Shown one piece after another: positions 37,410 through 49,607 of a stretch of DNA of 64,000 nt. The notes under the pieces are model-generated. The model was not told the origin of the DNA, searched no databases, and saw nothing but the letters and a program-made list of their open reading frames with translations. The DNA comes from Podarcis erhardii (taxonomy: Eukaryota): the NCBI GenBank assembly GCA_964252035.1, contig OZ176212.1. One strand, 5' to 3'. Each line of letters begins with the position of its first letter. Positions within the stretch are counted from its first letter, which is position 1. A program made the translations under genes and the position numbers.

Positions 37410-38725
37410 GTGAGTGTGTTCTTTGCATTTCTGTGCATGAAAAAATACAGGGAAGAATCCATCTATAAATGAATGTGATGAGCCCGGGTTGGTAATGCAT
37501 TAATGATCAAGGGCACAGGTGGTTTGAATATTTGGCATTTTGATAGTGTGTTCTTTTTTGTTCTGTCCCATGTGAACAGTAGTTGCCCTTAATAATGCTC
37601 ACTTCAGTTCAGCAGGAGAGATTTTTAAAGGCTCTTGAACCTCTCCCATTGAAATGAATGGGATTAAAAAGCCCCATTTGTTACACAGGTGTGTGCACAC
37701 AAATTGAATTTTTTTTTTTTTATTTAGTCCTATGAATATTAATCCTTCAAAATGGGTAAGATATCAGTACCATAAATTCAAATAAATATAAAGCCTAGAA
37801 GATTCACAAAGTCCCTGGGAGTGCTGTAATCATGTCTACGAAGTTGACAAAAAGAGCTTGCACGTCATAACCAAATGGTTATTTTTCTGTTGGCGGCTTT
37901 GATTTTCTTAAAAACCATAGAGCAATGTAGCTTAGACTACCCTGGATTCTGGCCCATCCCATTCCATGGAAATTGTGCTTTGGGCTATAATGGCCTCTGA
38001 TCACCTATTAATTCCAGTGGCCATCAAAACACTGCATAGCAACTGTTTCCACAGGTGGTTCATGTGCTGGGAGAGCAAATTGCTTTGCAGTGTTCAGAGG
38101 AGGATGCAAAAGTTTTTTTTAAGAATGGGTTTTTCCTGATACTCTTGCACTGTATGGCACAGCTGTTGACGTTTGCCATGTTCTGTGTTTCCCCCCATCT
38201 TTTCAAGCTTAAACTCCAGTTGCGTCAGCATTTTTTCACAGGAAGATTATTCATCCCTCAGATCATACTGAGTGGCTTTTCTTATAACTTGCAGCCAGCT
38301 GTATTTGCTCCTGCAGAAGAGCTCCGATCTAAGTAACATGTTACCCTATATGAAGGGCCTGGCCATGAACACACTTTGAAAAAAGACAAGTAGTTCAGTT
38401 AAATATAGGTAGCACTGCAGGTTATTTGGAAATGGCTCTCATTTCACCACAGCATGGAGCTAGTGTGCCTCCTAGTGGCTCTGTTGCCATATCAAATGTG
38501 CAGTTATTCGGAAGTGCGGCCTCTGTTTGACCCCCACTAAACTAAGTGGCAAATATTCCTGTGTGGATTACCCGTTGGCCATGCTCCCAGAGGCTGAGCA
38601 GGTTTGCCAGCGTACCACATGTCAAGTTTCTAATTTAGCTTCACTGACTTGAGCTTGAAGCAGAGAGGGTGATTGCTTGTGGCAGAGAAAGAGCCTTGTC
38701 ACTTGCTCTGTTTGATTTCTTTCAG

Positions 38726-38833
38726 CTCCACAAGCAAGCTGATATGCAGGAAGAGAAGAACCGAATAGAACGTGTACTTGGCGCAATATCTCAGCCGGAG
38801 TTAATACAGAAAGTTCTCACTTTTGCACTTTCA
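38726..38833 (+). CDS. NPEPPS: NPEPPS coding exon 20
   Basis: ttcag|CTCCAC...CTTTCA|gtgagt; 108 nt; LHKQADMQEEKNRIERVLGAISQPELIQKVLTFALS. Confidence 0.96.
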
Positions 38834-38987
38834 GTGAGTAACCAACAAAATGCTCAGTTGTGTGTGTCCCATGCATCGGAATTGCATAAACATGGAATTA
38901 CCGGGTGCCTGTTTTCGAGATCTTGAGAATCTTGGTTTACATTTTTTTACTTTTATTGCTTCTATCATACACATCAAAATCAATGTA

Positions 38988-39465
38988 CAGTAGTACCTTG
39001 GTTCTCAAACTTAATCCATTTCGGAAGTCAATTCCAAAACCAAAGCATTCCAAAACCAAGGCACACTTTCCCATAGAAAGTAAAGCAAAATGGATTAATC
39101 CGTTCCAGACTTTTAAAAACAAACCTCTAAAACAGCAATTTAACATGAATTTTATTATCTAACGAGACCATTGATCCATAAAATGAAAGCAATAAACAAT
39201 GTACTGCAGTCACACAATCAATCAATCAATCAATCAGTAGCTGAACTGGGTTCCACACAGTCACAAAAAAGCTACAAAAACGCAAAATAAATAGTAAAAA
39301 CAGACAGACCTCAGCGTAACACTCAAAACGGAAGTGTGGCACTCAAAAAGGGGGACACTTGGCTTCCGAAAAAGTTTGCAAGCTGGAATACCTACTTCTG
39401 GGTTTACAGTGTTTGGATTCCAAGTTGTTTGAGTACCAAGGCGTTTGAGAACCATGGTACCACTG
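38988..39465. mobile_element. Tc1/mariner (Tigger-like) MITE, 478 bp
   Basis: TA TSD both sides; TIR CAGTAGTACCTTGGTTCTCAAAC / GTTTGAGAACCATGGTACCACTG; internal (CAAT)n. Confidence 0.88.
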
Positions 39466-40598
39466 TACTACAAATACATATTGTATATTCCTAAATGATT
39501 ACTGGTATTCTCACAAGACTCAAAATCCTCACGCCACAGCACAATACCTCGTTTTTAAAGAAAGGTTAGTTAACGTTGGCTTGGAACATATATGCACAGC
39601 TTGATGACAAAGAAACCAAAGGGAAATTGAGCAGCAATTGGTACATCACTTGCCCTGCATATCTCCCACAGCCATAAAATTAATGCAAAATAAGCTGAAA
39701 AGAAAGAGACAGAGGGAGGAGCAATGGCACAAAGCTGCAAGAGGTGTAAAGAGTGCAAAGCAGGTTCAGAGTGATTGGCCTCCTTGCCCCTGTATTTTTT
39801 CGGAATTGGATCACTCATCAGGCGTATGTTAATATCTTCCTCTGTATGTCTGAGAACTAGCAACTTGTTTGAACTAAAGAAAATGTGTGTGGTAGTGGTA
39901 GGCTTGCACTACTAGTAGTTTACTGTGGTTTACTGCTGAGTGTTCCATTGTAGGCCGGTTCACGTGTAGCCACTGAAGATTAATCAGTGGTTGCTGCTGT
40001 TTTCCTCTGGGTGCTTGAAAGAGACTGGATTGCCTAGGAGTAGAATCTTCAGTCTGAATGTAGAGAAGTGTGGGATACTTGCAGCTTCACAGGCTTAAAT
40101 GACTGAGAAATAGTAATAATTGCATCTCCTCTGGAATGGCCATGTGGCCATTACAGAATTGAAATATTTACTGCTGAAACTGGCTGTGGGAATAGTCCGT
40201 TGCTGTTAGAATGCCCCCCTGCTCCACAGTATGGTTGATTAATACACATGGGGCTGCCACCAAAACCAGCCATCCCATACCATTCCCCTTCCTTCTGCTT
40301 CTAACATCTAGTTATAGCAGTGAATACAGTGCAACAGTGAGGCCCAAGAGGCCTGGCTAGTACTGCCATCAATGGAGGGTGTGTCCTGGAAGACTTCCCA
40401 GGATCCTTTGCAACACAGAGAAGCAGGCAAGTGAGTTAAATGAAGCAAGAATATCTGAATGCTGCTTCCCCAGACTAGTTAAGTAGGCAAGCTGGTGCTG
40501 CAGCTGCACGTGATGGCATCTCTTGGATGGTGTGTGGGGAACTTAAATGTGGATTCAAGGCTGCTAGAATTACCTGCAATTTCTTACTCCATTTGCAG

Positions 40599-40754
40599 GA
40601 AGAGGTACGTCCTCAGGACACAGTATCTGTCATTGGTGGAGTGGCCGGAGGCAGCAAGCAGGGCAGGAAAGCTGCCTGGAAGTTTGTCAGAGACAACTGG
40701 GAGGAACTCTATAATCGCTACCAAGGAGGGTTCTTAATATCCCGGCTAATAAAG
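40599..40754 (+). CDS. NPEPPS: NPEPPS coding exon 21
   Basis: tgcag|GAAGAG...ATAAAG|gtgcgc; 156 nt; EEVRPQDTVSVIGGVAGGSKQGRKAAWKFVRDNWEELYNRYQGGFLISRLIK. Confidence 0.97.
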
Positions 40755-40854
40755 GTGCGCGCACAAAAAGTTTTGACTAAAGCAGTCATTGAAAATACGA
40801 GCCTTTAAAAAGTTCCCTCCCCTCCTGATTGTTTGTGCATTCCTTGTTTTCCAG

Positions 40855-40902
40855 CTATCGGTGGATGGATTTGCAATTGACAAAATGGCTGCAGAGGTTA
40901 AG
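40855..40902 (+). CDS. NPEPPS: NPEPPS coding exon 22
   Basis: tccag|CTATCG...GTTAAG|gtaaga; 48 nt; LSVDGFAIDKMAAEVK. Confidence 0.95.
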
Positions 40903-41497
40903 GTAAGACAGTCTGATCTGCATCTTGGCTGATGGCATTGCCAGGGCCTGTGCATTTAGAGGCCAATAAAGGGGTGATATGCCTTACCTAATTCCTCCGT
41001 GCACACTGTTGGGGCATCCTCGTTGTGGGAGGGAGTAGGGGCAAGGACAAATATATGTCAGAGCAAGGTATTCTAGAACTCTCTTTCCTGACTCGGCATT
41101 CTCCCGATAAATAAAATCAAGTGTGCAAAGAAGCCAGTCAATGTGAATTGATTTTGTCTTATGTAAGGGTTGAATGACCAAACCCCTAACCAAGGAAATT
41201 GCCATGGTTACAGACTTTTGACTTCTTCTTTAAAAACCATCAGGTTTAAGCACGTTACACTATAGGGAGAGTTCTTTTCCCCAGGGTTGTGCTGCAGAGG
41301 GATTAATTGGCTAGCATATCACAATGAAGGGAGCACAGAATAGTTGGGGTCATAAACCACTGTCACTCAAAGTGTTGGGACATTTAAGTTGCCTGTTGCA
41401 CTGTTCTACTGCCCATGGTGGCGGTCACAGAATTATACCAGGGTAAAGGTAGGATTTAACTATAGCTGTCTCAGATAACACACATAAATACTACTAT

Positions 41498-41540
<43 letters not shown>

Positions 41541-41760
41541 TATTTATACCCAGCCCATCTGGCTGGGTTTCCCCTGCCACTTTGGGTGGCTCCCAATAGA
41601 ATATTAAAAACATGATAAAACATCAGACATTAAAAACTTCCCTAAACAGGGTTGCTGTCAGATGTCTTCTAAAACTCAGATAGTTGTTTATTTCCTTGAC
41701 ATCTGATGGGAGGGCGTTCCACAGGGCGGGTGCCACTACCAAGAAGTCCCTCTGCCTTAG
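41498..41760 (-). mobile_element. L2-like LINE 3' end (antisense) with (AAC)14 tail
   Basis: (AAC)n at 41498-41540, then ATTTATACCCAGCCCATCTGGCTGGG...GGAGGGCGTTCCACAGGGCGGGTGCCAC. Confidence 0.7.
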
Positions 41761-42072
41761 TCTGAGTCCAAATCAGAGAGAGATTTGGAGGCAATGGCAT
41801 TTGGGGTTATTATAGTGATCAAGACCTGGTAAACCTCACTTGGTCTGTGGAAGTGCATATTGAATGTGCTCTACATATTCTTCAGCAGTCTGCAAGGCCC
41901 TGATGAACACTGTTCTAACCTTAGCAAAGATTGATTTTGCTAATTAGTTCTGTGTGAAAACTAGACCCATACCCACATTTCTATGTAGTTTGATTGTCCT
42001 GAGATGGATGAATATATGCCAGAATATATTTATCGTTTTGCTGTCCTCTATACATCACCTTGGGTACTTGAA

Positions 42073-42443
42073 GGTGGCGCTGTGGTCTAAACCACCGAGC
42101 CTCTTGCGCTTGCCGATCAGAAGGTCGGCCGTTCGAATCCGTGCAGCAGGGTGAGCTCCCCTTGCTCTGTCCCAGCTCCTGCCAACCTAGCAGTTCGAAA
42201 GCACACCAGTGTAAGTAGATAAATAGGCACCGCTGCGGTGGGAAAGTAGATGGCTTTTCCGTGCGCTCTGGTTTCCGTCAGTGTCCCGTTGCCCAGGAGC
42301 GGTTTAGTCATGCTGGTCACATTACCTGGAATGCTGTCTGTGGAAAAATGCCAGCTCCCTTGGCCTGAAAGCGAGATGAGTGCTGCAACCCCATAGTCAC
42401 CTTTGACTGGACTTAACCGTCCAGGGGTCCTTTACTTTTTTAC
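42073..42443 (+). mobile_element. Sauria SINE (older, more diverged subfamily)
   Basis: GGTGGCGCTGTGGTCTAAACC head, CCAGGGGTCCTTTACTTTTT tail; no clean TSD. Confidence 0.88.
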
Positions 42444-42835
42444 CTGCTTGAATAAGCATAAGGACAATTTATTGTTACAAAAAACAACAACTGTCTATGG
42501 CTGTAAACTTAACACCTGCCTTTCTCCCTGGGAGTATAGGATATCTTCTCACTGTGGCAACATAGAAAAATCAAGACAATTTAAAGGAGAAACTTGCAAA
42601 AGCATTTAGCTGCCTTAATGGTAAACATGCTCTGGGTTGTATCCAGATACACATGCCCAACTGAGCAGTCCCTGTTCTTGTAGTTAGGTTCTGCTTTTTT
42701 TGCCCACCTTGTATTTAAACACACACACACACTAAACTTTTATTTCCTGTGGAACTGAGACCTCTATCCTAAGATTCAAACTTATTAAAATGACATATAT
42801 GGAACTCCCAGTGGATGTTGTTTCGTTTTATATAG

Positions 42836-42988
42836 GCTTTCTTTGAGAGTCACCCAGCTCCGTCAGCTGAGCGCACCATCCAGCAGTGCTGTGAAAACAT
42901 TCTGTTGAACGCTGCATGGCTGAAGCGCGATGCCGAAAATCTGCACCAGTACCTCCTGCAGCGCAAGTCCTCACCGACTGCTGTGTGA
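42836..42988 (+). CDS. NPEPPS: NPEPPS coding exon 23 (last, with TGA stop)
   Basis: tatag|GCTTTC...GTGTGA; 153 nt; AFFESHPAPSAERTIQQCCENILLNAAWLKRDAENLHQYLLQRKSSPTAV*. Exons 3-23 sum to 2420 nt and stay in frame. Confidence 0.97.
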   Translation, partial: AFFESHPAPSAERTIQQCCENILLNAAWLKRDAENLHQYLLQRKSSPTAV

Positions 42989-43789
42989 GCCCACCCTCAC
43001 CCACCTCTGACATCCCAACTGCTGTGGCCCAACTGCCTCGGTGCGAGGAGGAGGAGCTGCTACCCGACAGCTGAATCATACGCCAAGGAAATTGGAGTCT
43101 TTTCTCAAACCAAGGGGATTGGACAATGAATGTAGTTAACTGGTTCCTGCTCACACTCCAAAACTAAATTCTATTAAAAAAATTATCAACAATTCAGCAA
43201 AAACAGAAACACCCTGTAAATATAATGGTAATAAAATAGAGGATAACAAAACTGTGAAACTTCCTTAAGCCTTGTCAGTGGTCAAAATATTTAACACCCC
43301 TCCTTTCTTTACACTTACTGATGATTTTTTAACCATCCCTCTCCCATTTTCTAAAAAAAAAAGAAGCAGAAGCAGGGAAACCAGTGGTTTCTAGGCAAGT
43401 TGAATTCTGTGGCACGTCGAGGGCAGGAATAGGTTAATGCCTCTGAGCACGCCAGAGAGCACACTACAAGACAGCAAAAACATGTACGTGTTTTGTGGAT
43501 TGGTTCAATAATGAAAGGCAGCTTGGCACACAACCCAGTGGGTAGTGCCGAGTTGGGTGTTTCTGGAGATGTCCTGTAATCTCAGATTATATTTGAAGGC
43601 TTGTAAGAGTCCTGCCCTTCCCAATCTCTTGTCTCACTATCTTTTGAGGGAAGGAGAAATCAAATGTTCTGTCTCTGCCTGCCCCTCTCTTCTTTTGATT
43701 TCATTTGCTGATGTCCTTCTTAGAGATTAAAAAAAAAAAAAAATACACAACCCTGTATGAAAACATCTTTTTCAGCCACATGAAAAAAA

Positions 43790-43859
43790 AATAAATAAAC
43801 AATTCATGCCACCTTTTTCTCATTCTTTAAATTATATCCTCCCACTGCATGCAAATAAA
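43790..43859 (+). terminator. NPEPPS: Likely distal polyadenylation signals of the NPEPPS 3'UTR
   Basis: AATAAA at 43790-43795, 43794-43799 and 43854-43859, about 0.8-0.9 kb after the stop; a proximal AATAAA also at 43230-43235. Confidence 0.55.
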
Positions 43860-45539
43860 GATTTAGTACTGTGACTGGATCCTTCTGGGCCGCTGTTATG
43901 GCTGGCCCCCTTTATGCATAACACTGTAGTTTGTCTGAAAGACTCACCTTGTTTGAAAACCAAAACACCGCCCCTAAATACCTTGTGACTGCAGCTTTCC
44001 AACCCCCTCCCCCCTTTCTTTGGTGACGTTTGGTAATTTGATTCAGAAGCCTTAAAACTTGTACTAGCTGGCATGATGATGAAATTCTAAGTTGTGTGCC
44101 ATCAGTTGCTTACCAGAGTAGCATGTTCCTGCTAACCAGATTTCAAACCCGACACCACTCCTCCCACAGACGTTTACAGTTCCCTTTTTTAAAAAGCACC
44201 TTTTTAAAAAGGAATTCATATTTGGTGTGGCTTTAACTGTTATTTCAGAAGGTCATCAGATACTAGCTGTCAAACTGCTTCCCTGGAAACACATTTTTTG
44301 TGCTATTGTTTTAAAAGAAAAACAAAAGGAAAAAAAATCAGACAAGTTGGCGTTAATAAAAAGGAAAGTCAATGTGAAACTGAAGAGTCTTGGTTTTGGT
44401 ATGTGTGTGTTGGTGGAAAAGCTGGAAACTAACTTTTTTTTTTGTACGTACCTTGGGCTGTCTTGCCATGACACTGAATCCCTTTTGATGGGCTGTAATA
44501 TGCAAGGATGAGGGTCTTCCCTATTTATCTTTAATTCTGCTATTACTTGGAAGGCTTCAGAGCCAGAAGTCACTCTGCAATGCCACAAAGTCAGGTGGCT
44601 GCTTCATGTGAGAGATTTTGGGTGTCATTAATGGTAGCATAGGTGGAATAAAGTACATTTAACCTATGGGGCACAAAACACTGGGATTTTTGCTTGCACA
44701 AGCCCCATTGAAATAATTCAGCTCTTTGACAGCTCATATTGATGTCAGTAGGGCTGCTGCGGGGGAAATTTCCAATGGTTTGTGTTTCATGTTAATTAGC
44801 AAGCGTGTGATTTTTTTGCATTTCATTTTAATGGAGCTTGCACAGGAGAACTGCTTAGTGGAATGTGCTATTTGCACTTTTTTCTGTTACAATACATGAA
44901 ACTTAAATAATGACTTACCTCATGGATGTCAGTAAAATCTAAATTCAGCCAGCAAGTCTAGATCCAGCTATTGGATCATCCGTGTGGCTACAAAAAGGCA
45001 GGCTTGGGGAAGGAATTGGGAGGGTGCTGGCTGGGTCCTAGAGTCCTCCGCCGCCTCCACAAAGCCTACTAAGTGCTTCTGCTCCTTTGGGAAGGAGGGC
45101 GGGCTCTAGGACCCTGCCAGAGTCCCTTCTCCTTCCCAAAGCCCTACACCTCGCTTACTACTAGGGCTCTGGGATGCTTCCAGAGCCCTCATACCGCCTT
45201 CCAAAAGGGAGGTAAACCCATTATTGTAGCTTTGCGCAGATGTGTGTGTGTGGTGGGGGGAATAATTAAATTGAGAGAGGGTTTCCTCCTATCTCCATTT
45301 ATTTATTTATTAACACACTGCATAAAGCTGTGATTGCATAAGTAAAATAAGCATAAGAAGCGGGTTACCTATATTCCATGTGACGATTCTGTTCTGGCTG
45401 CCGCTGTGGTTGTTTGTATGAAAGCTGTCTCACAGAAATGCAGGGATCACTAACCTTTGGTTCAGAGGCCTGATCTGGCCCCTCAAGCAAATGCTTTTGA
45501 CACCCACTCCCCACCTTCCTGATTTTGGTGAAAATCTGC

Positions 45540-45630
45540 CCAGCCTAGCATCCTGACGTGGATGTGTTTCTATCCTGTTTACCGCCCTGAGATCTTTTGA
45601 AGGAAGGCGGTATATAAATCTAATAATAAA
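45540..45630 (+). mobile_element. L2-like LINE 3' tail
   Basis: ACCGCCCTGAGATCTTTTGAAGGAAGGCGGTATATAAATCTAATAATAAA is a typical L2 terminal stem-loop plus A-rich tail. Confidence 0.55.
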
Positions 45631-46764
45631 TTGCCTCCTCCCATCATCAACTCATTTATTTGATGAGTGGGTAGGGGGCATTCAGCCCTCTCAACTGATC
45701 TGCATGAATCTCCTTTGGAGGGGTGTGGTGTGTGGGTGTGTAAGAGAGAGAGAAAGAATATGTGACTGGCATGTGGCCTCAGAGGGTTGGCTAAAGAGAA
45801 ATGCAGTCCTTGAACCAAGAAACATCACCCACCCCTGAATTAGAGGTTAGACATATTTCAAAAGCCATAGACGGTTAGGAGTTGAGCATGCACATTCCAC
45901 TCTAAGGGGGAGATGTCTTTAAATGGGTATCTGCACTTTAATGTGGAGAGAGGGATGAGAACCACATACCTATTGTGCAACACACTGTCAAGGAACCTTT
46001 ATTAACACAGTGTTATGTTACAAAAGTTGATGTCTACCTACCTGGCTCTTGTTGCCTTGCAGAACAAAGCAGCAAGGAATTAACCATTGGCATTGACTAT
46101 TGACCCACCCCCTAACCACTAAGCATTTGTGCCTGTGTTGCTTTTTACGGGCCTTTTGAAGAGGTTTGTGGGTGGGCTGCCCTAGTTAACACTCTCACAC
46201 TTAATGCTGCAACTTGATACTGCGTTGTCAAGTCTTGAGGTTGGACACTGTGAGCCAGTTGATTACCTCCTAATCTGTCACCTGGTTCAGCTGCCACCTC
46301 CTAAATGGTGTTGAGCCATATACATCCTGTGCCAGCTTTCTTTGAACACACGCTCTGAAGTGCTCTTTTGAAAAACATGGCATTGTGCTGGATCAAACAC
46401 TCTTAACCTTGCATGTAACCTTCACTGCCCTTCAGATGCCTGAGCTGGAATTTAGGGCCCAGGAACATACTTGGAACAAAATTAGCAGGTCCTTAATGGT
46501 GGGAGGACACCTCAACCTTCTTCATAACCAAGCTGGCTGTGGCACCTTCCAGCCTACTAGTTCAAACAAGCATTCCTCCTTCTATCCAGTCTGTGTTCTC
46601 CATAACTTCACATTCTGTGGCCACCTATGGCTTAGTGATGGTGCTCCCACTGACTCCCTTTCTTCACTAGTGTTCAGCTATTGCCTTCAGCTCAAGCATG
46701 TGCCTAGAGCAAACAAAGGGAAGATGAAAGACAGCTTCTTTTTTACAGACTAGGTTAGCATTTG

Positions 46765-46882
46765 GTTTTTAAGTTTTATGGAACATCTGTCATGTATGAT
46801 CTAGTTGAGATCCCTGCATTGCAGGGAGTTGCACAATGACCCTCGCAATCCCTTCTGACTCTACAAGTCTATGATTCTATGA
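46765..46882 (+). mobile_element. CR1 LINE 3' end (degenerate)
   Basis: GAGATCCCTGCATTGCAGGGAGTTG...CTCTACAAGTCTATGATTCTATGA; homologous to 19243-19376. Confidence 0.8.
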
Positions 46883-47429
46883 AATACCAGCATGCTCAGG
46901 AGCTGCACCTCTAATCAAGATAATTGTTTATGGACCATCAGGCTGGCTAAATTATCTTAGATGAAATTAAGTTCATTGGTTTTTCTTTAGCCCTGGCTGT
47001 GGATTTCAGTTATTTCTAATGCTTGGGTCTTTAGTTATGGTACCTCAAATTTAAAGGATGCTGAAATCTTATATTGATGCACTCTGAAATGTACCTTGCA
47101 TTACACAGCCACCCCACCTGTTTCCAAAATTTGTACTCGCTTTCTCTAAAATTGTCAAGATGGCTTCCCTGAGCTCATGGAACAATGAGACACCACTTGC
47201 TTCTCAGAACCCATCTTGCATGTGTTTACATTTGGGCAAAGTTCTCGTCCAAGGATCCATTTGGGTAATAATGTAAGGAAGCATGGTGGTGCAGTTGAAG
47301 CACATGTAGTTTGTGCATAAAATGTTCCAGGCTCAATCCCTGGCCTCTCTAGATAGACTGGGAAATACCCTGCTTAAATAAAGTGTGGCAGTGGGGAAGG
47401 GAGAGAGAAATAACCTGGCGACTAAATTA

Positions 47430-47637
47430 CAGTTGTACCTTGGATCTCAAAATGCCTTGGCTCCCGAACAACCAAAACCCGGAAGTGAGTGTTCTGGTTT
47501 TCAAACAATTTTCGGAAGCCAAATGTCCGGCACAGCTTCCACAGCTTCTGATTGGCTGCAGGGCTCTCCTGCAGCCAATCGGAAGCTGCACCTTGGTTTT
47601 TGAATGGTTCTGGGAGTTGAGAACCAAGGTACGACTG
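47430..47637. mobile_element. Tc1/mariner (Tigger-like) MITE, 208 bp, with internal 21-bp hairpin
   Basis: TA TSD; TIR CAGTTGTACCTTGGATCTCAA / TTGAGAACCAAGGTACGACTG; hairpin arms 47542-47562 and 47568-47588. Confidence 0.88.
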
Positions 47638-47950
47638 TACAGCCTTTTCTCCCTTCGGGGGTAAAATACACAAGTGGGGTAACATAGCTTGCACAGTGGT
47701 TTCCAATCACCGCTTACCTGGCCAGGGTATCTAGGCTTCAGATGGTGATCTTAACACCCAGGCTGCTGCAAAGATGGTCCCTCTTGTATCTAGTCCCAAG
47801 CAGCATTGGACTTCAAAGGAAGTCACTAGCACTTTGAATTTTGATTGGAATTGGACTTTGAATTTTGAATTTGAATTTTGACTGAAATACGGTTAAGCTC
47901 CTGGTGACCAGTCCTAGTTAGGAGCCTTCCACATATATTCTGAACTGGAA

Positions 47951-48098
47951 GGGCTGTAGCTTAGTGGTAGAGCACCTGCTTACATGCAGAAGATCCCAAG
48001 TTGGATCCCGGACATCTGTAGATAGGTGTGCCAGTATGTGCAGCGTATACTGACTTGCAATGGTTTGATTCGGCAAAAGGCAGCTTCCTATCTTCCTA
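47951..48098 (+). mobile_element. tRNA(Ala/Cys-like)-derived SINE
   Basis: A box TAGCTTAGTGG (47957-47967), B-box-like GTTGGATCC (48000-48008), tail GGCAGCTTCCTATCTTCCTA; a degenerate head of the same family lies at about 47280-47370. Confidence 0.75.
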
Positions 48099-49354
48099 AT
48101 TAACCGAAGTTGTCAAGCCTTAAATGGCAGCCCTATAAACAACGGGTCTTATCTTAGAAGCAGCCAGAATGTGGATAATCATGGGTAGACTGTATCCAAG
48201 GAGATGTTGCAAGTAGCACACAAAAGACTTTGGCTGAAGTTAATTCAACAAAGAAATATTCCACCAAGCCTATCGGACACCAGCATGTTTTATGTGACTG
48301 AGCATTTTGTCCACAGATGGATGCAGAAGGTGTTTGTGTGACCACCAGCAGAATTGACACACCTCTTCTGGGAATACCCTTCATTTCCTGGAGAAATGGG
48401 AGGCACAGCACACAACTGCTGGAACTTTTCTTCTCCACTCCTTACCGGATATACACCTAACCACTGCATGACTTGATGAATGACAGGCAAAAAATGAAAA
48501 TGCTGCTGCGAAGTAAGTTAAGTGGTTGGGGCAGCATGGCAGGCAGGCAAATAGAGACAGGTGGTCTGTGTTAATGTAAAAGAGTGAAAGCTTCAATAAA
48601 CTATTAATTACCAAGGAAAGAAAAACAGTATTCTAGACACACCCACAACTGAAAAGCAAAAGTGTCAAAATCAAGATAGTTATGGGCCACTTTTTGCTGT
48701 CACTCTGGGCTTCTCTGATATCGTCCTGTGCTCCAAGATATAGTAAACACCAAACCACTCAGAAATGCTCCCCTAAAAACAATTTGATGGAGTATAGCTG
48801 CTTGATAACCATAAAGCAGGCTTGATAAGTAGTTGTTCCTTGCGTCTTGCCAAATTTGCTTCAACTTTATGTCCCTTGACTTCTGATAATCCCTCCCATC
48901 CTGCTAAACTGCCTCTAGCTCACTGTCAAACTAAGGAGCCGATTGAGCTTAGGAAATGTCTACCACTCGGGTTATCTCTGTTTCCCAGAGAGTGACCAGA
49001 TCTTCAACAGGAGGGCCAAACATCAACAATAAACTTTCCAAGACCAGACATAAACCATTTGGCTTCCACAGGACTTCAGAGAAGACCATCCCAATTGGAC
49101 TACTGTCCCTACAAAGCAAATTAGCTGCTGCAAGCCAACCCTCCATCTCTGTGGTAGTAGTCTGACCCACTAACATTACTGAAAGCCACTCCACATTCAG
49201 AGACTAATTTTGCCAGCTTGGGTAAGGAGACGGTTAGGTAGTGGGTTGATTTGGTTGCCCAACACCAAGAAGGTGCCCTTGGTTGCCCAATACCAAGAAG
49301 TATGTGAAATTCAGGCTTAACTGGATCTGGATCCTGATGAGGGAGAAAGAAATA

Positions 49355-49607
49355 CAGTGGTGCCCCGCAAGACGAATGCCTCGCAAGACGAAAAACTCGC
49401 TAGACAAAAGGGTTTTCCATTTTTCGAGGTGCTTCGCAAGACGAATTTCCCTATGGGCTTGCTTCGCAAGACGAAAACGTCTTGCGTGTTTGCTTCCTTT
49501 TTCGTAAAACTGTTAATACTCGGGGAATCCGCGCTCCGCAAGATGAAAAAATCGCAAGACGAAGCGACTCGCGGAACAAATTATTTTCGTCTTGCGAGGC
49601 ACCACTG
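49355..49607. mobile_element. Tc1/mariner MITE with internal CGCAAGACGAA repeats (copy 2, 253 bp)
   Basis: TA TSD (49353-49354, 49608-49609); same length and layout as 14897-15149. Confidence 0.92.

Noticed and set aside
2740-44085. Other RTGATGA box-C-like words in NPEPPS introns and downstream (e.g. about 2741, 4596, 4740, 37476, 44075)
   Set aside because: No CTGA box D at a suitable distance with a closing terminal stem
47951-48022. Possible tRNA-Ala/Cys gene
   Set aside because: B box and acceptor stem are degenerate and the sequence continues into a SINE body shared with 9438-10017; it is a SINE head
48949-49194. Intergenic ORFs between NPEPPS and KPNB1 as a possible small gene
   Set aside because: Short, no recognisable domain, no supporting splice or promoter pattern
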